The notes beneath the pieces were generated by a model that did not search any database, was not told the origin of the DNA, and saw only the letters and a list, made by a program, of their open reading frames with translations. This document shows, piece after piece, positions 47,342 through 50,267 of a stretch of 50,267 nucleotides of DNA (the stretch's first letter is position 1; every line of letters starts with the position of its first letter). A program made the translations under genes and the position numbers. The stretch spans positions 34,771,407-34,821,673 of the forward strand of contig NC_068982.1 in NCBI RefSeq assembly GCF_001194135.2, read 5' to 3'. This DNA comes from Octopus bimaculoides (Eukaryota).

Positions 47342-48829
47342 CATTGAATCAATAATTATCAGCAAGAATATTGGTTGATAACAAAATTACTCAAAAAGGA
47401 GCTGTACCATCCAGGAGCAAACTCCCTTGGAGCCTCATCGGTCCTGGATCATCCCAACTGATAAAGGCACCAAAGGAAGATGTCACTTTCCCGCTCGTAC
47501 TCTTCAACCTACAGGTGCAAGTTCAGGGTAGGCCTACTCACTCGGGCCATCTTCGCCACATTCGTTCACCTTTTAATAAATATATTTGGGAGCAGCACCC
47601 CACTCTCTGCTTGCATCTTCCTTTTTTAATGATATTTAAAAATAGTCGAGGAGAGCTTTCAATCTCAATATAACTAACTAGCCCTTCCCACCAAATTTCA
47701 AGCCGTGTGCCTTTAGTAGAAAGGATTATTATTATTAATAATAAGAAAAAAACTGAGTCAAATCGAATAATAATGATAAAAATAATAATAAAAGGCTGGG
47801 ACATTGTATAGAATGTGTCTGTTGTCAGCCACGATAGAGTAGACATATGTAATCAGAAGTATTCCAGCTGTGATAATTATATATTTTGTAAGACTATATG
47901 TAGAACTAAGTTATATAATGAAGTATTTCTTAATTTGAAATAATAAAGTGTGATTTAAGGTAGATTTCGCTATTGTTTCTAATGAACGGTGCGACCACAT
48001 AGAAACTTTCTCGACAGCAAGACACTGATTTTTTCTTTCTTTTTCTTTATTCTTTTAATCACTGACAGTTGTGCATTTTCTTTAGCTCCGGGTCAGCTCT
48101 GGCTGAGCAAATCTACCATTAAAGTCGTCTACATACGAACATTCGTTCTTTTCTGATACAGTCTACTTCAGTGCATTTTGTTCAATATAATCTTATGGTT
48201 TTAAAACTAGAGATGTGATTTGAAAGGTACTTTTAGCTGGTTGAACGACCATATAGAACAATGGTTCTTAACTTGATTTGTAGTTCCCCCTTGCTGAGCG
48301 TTGTGAGCTCACAAGGGGAGATAAACGTCAAATGACGACGATATGAGGGTTGGTGAATCTTTAGATTTTTAATAGAATAAAATATCCAAACAAGCTACGA
48401 TACTTATATTTCAAACGCATTTTCAACGACATCGCTATCAGGATTCAAATATGAATTGAGAATTATGATATCAGTTAACCGAAACATAACTGATGATGTA
48501 CCAAGGTGAAATATAATTTCATTATATAAGTTCTCATCTTCTTTAATAATTTTCATAAAAATCTAACATAGGAAGCACTAGCCTTCGCAAATATTTAAAA
48601 ATTGGCTCATGATCGATGGGGTTTTATAAGTAAATATGGCAGGCTTATGTTCCCACTAGTTTTTCGCATATGGGAGTCAAAACTGACAACAAATTGTCCA
48701 GTGCATATGATTCAGTGCAAACGTCGCTTAGTATACTCAGTTGAAATTTACATAAGAGCAGACATACATGCAGTAGTCAATTGTTTCTCTAGTTGTACGA
48801 CGAAGCAACTGAAAATATCATTATAGTTT

Positions 48830-49200
48830 TAAGGATCTCGGTTTGGTAATTTCTAGTGGGCAGACATCGATTCTGAGCTGCCAAACGAAACTTACTTTTT
48901 GTCTGATTTAAGTCCAGATGCTAATAGCTACTAACGGGCCATGTATGTATCAACATCGGAATCACTGGCACTTGCAGAACACTTACTGTGCAATACCTTA
49001 CTTTTCCATCTATTACGCTCTGGAATTCCATCTGATTTGGTTGGTACTTTTATTTGTTCTGCTTGCACTGTTGTTTCTTCTGTTTCATCGAGCTGCGCTT
49101 TAGTCTCGGGGATCTTTAATTCCTTTATATTTTCTTTGCTTCTTTTGATATTGAGTGTAGTTTCTGGGTACTTTCATGTAAAATTAGCTCCTGTTTGACT
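48830..49200 (-). mobile_element. R4/Dong-like LINE fragment (same group as 6750-7440)
   Basis: Frameshifted HESTQKLHSISKEA..KELKIPE..RWKSKVLH..DVD..LLASGLKS..CLPTRNYQ-like segment, homologous to the LAVQDRALATN region of the first copy. Confidence 0.65.
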
Positions 49201-50267
49201 AAAACAATATATTATGTCTGTTGTATATTTTTTTCCTCTTTTTGCAGAACATGGGAAGGGGAGTTTGTAGAAAGCTATTCTTTTTAAAGGAAGTACTGAG
49301 CTACAAAATGCTGAGAACCACAGATATAAAGGCTTCGCCATTTGCTTTCAGTATGTCAGAAGAAGTGATGAGTTTATCAGACGTTGAAATACAGTATTAT
49401 CAAAAATAACTCATAACACTGAGATGCATTCACTTGAGGTAATCCTGTCTTTACCTGACAATAAAGTAGCCATTTTAGTGGTATTCTACTTATGTTATAT
49501 TAAAATTGTACATTATCAATAATAGCTGTTGTCGTTGTTGCTTAGCATGTTGTCAAATTTGATCGAGGAGACTTATGATCAAAAGCATTCCAACTTTTAG
49601 GATTACGTCATTATCACGCATTGTGTATCTAGAAGTACACTGCAACCTCGTTTATCAAGAAGGTGCAGCGTAACTTAAGAACGACTCAGCTAGTATTTTA
49701 GTATTTTCAACAGATCTAGCGATCAGGTTCAAGCTCTTTTGCTAACTCCTTATAGAAGAATTTATATTTATTGATATTTAGGGTTTGTCGTTACAAGCAC
49801 CACTTAATTTGACTTTAGCAAGAAATCAAGTACAATACAAAACAATAGGTTTCATTCACCAATATGTAATCAAAACATATTTCGGAATGACACTTCAAAT
49901 TTTATTTCAGCACTTGAAATATTTCAGAAACAAAAAAGAAAATCTCCAAATGTATGTTGAGCCTATGGCTCCGCATCTGCAAAGTTCCGTTTCAAGGTAC
50001 AGGTATAGCAAGGTTACATACTTTGATAGAAGACTAGCTGTTGCCCTTCATTCAAGTCTTTTCTCTCCACATCAGCAATGCTGTCTTAAGAAGATCCATG
50101 AGCTGCCACAGCTTGTCAGCAACACCGTTGCAGGGACCAGCATCAGAGCACAAAGAGCCGCAACACGCGTACAATCATATGCACACACGCGTACAATCAT
50201 ATGCACACACGCACGCGCACGCACGCACACATATACGTATATATATACGTATATATATATATATATA

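Noticed and set aside
50163-50206. 22-bp tandem duplication
   Set aside because: Two copies inside a CA-rich microsatellite margin; ordinary slippage.

Overview
AT-rich eukaryotic genomic DNA from a gapped draft assembly (11 N-runs, most beside microsatellites). The repeat content points to an octopod cephalopod (inference from the SINE families, which I recognise from Octopus). No host protein-coding gene can be confidently called, so the window looks intronic or intergenic. It contains about 30 copies of three tRNA-headed SINE families (A, B, C here), decayed LINEs (RTE, CR1/L2-group, two R4/Dong-like, two Penelope-like fragments), mariner and maT-like transposase relics, at least seven TIR-bounded MITEs and many microsatellites. 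Most long ORFs in the supplied track are microsatellite or gap artefacts. Best leads: (1) a 300-bp-period insert with 16-bp direct repeats carrying a near-canonical minimal hammerhead ribozyme (28439-28754), i.e. retrozyme-like; (2) SINE family A sharing its 3' tail with the CR1-group LINE from the LINE stop codon onward; (3) a 52-aa signal-peptide/Cys-rich smORF below the ORF-track cutoff (44015-44173); (4) an 83-bp near-perfect hairpin beside a Penelope GIY-YIG fragment. Boundaries of old repeats are approximate, were read by eye and were not database-verified.
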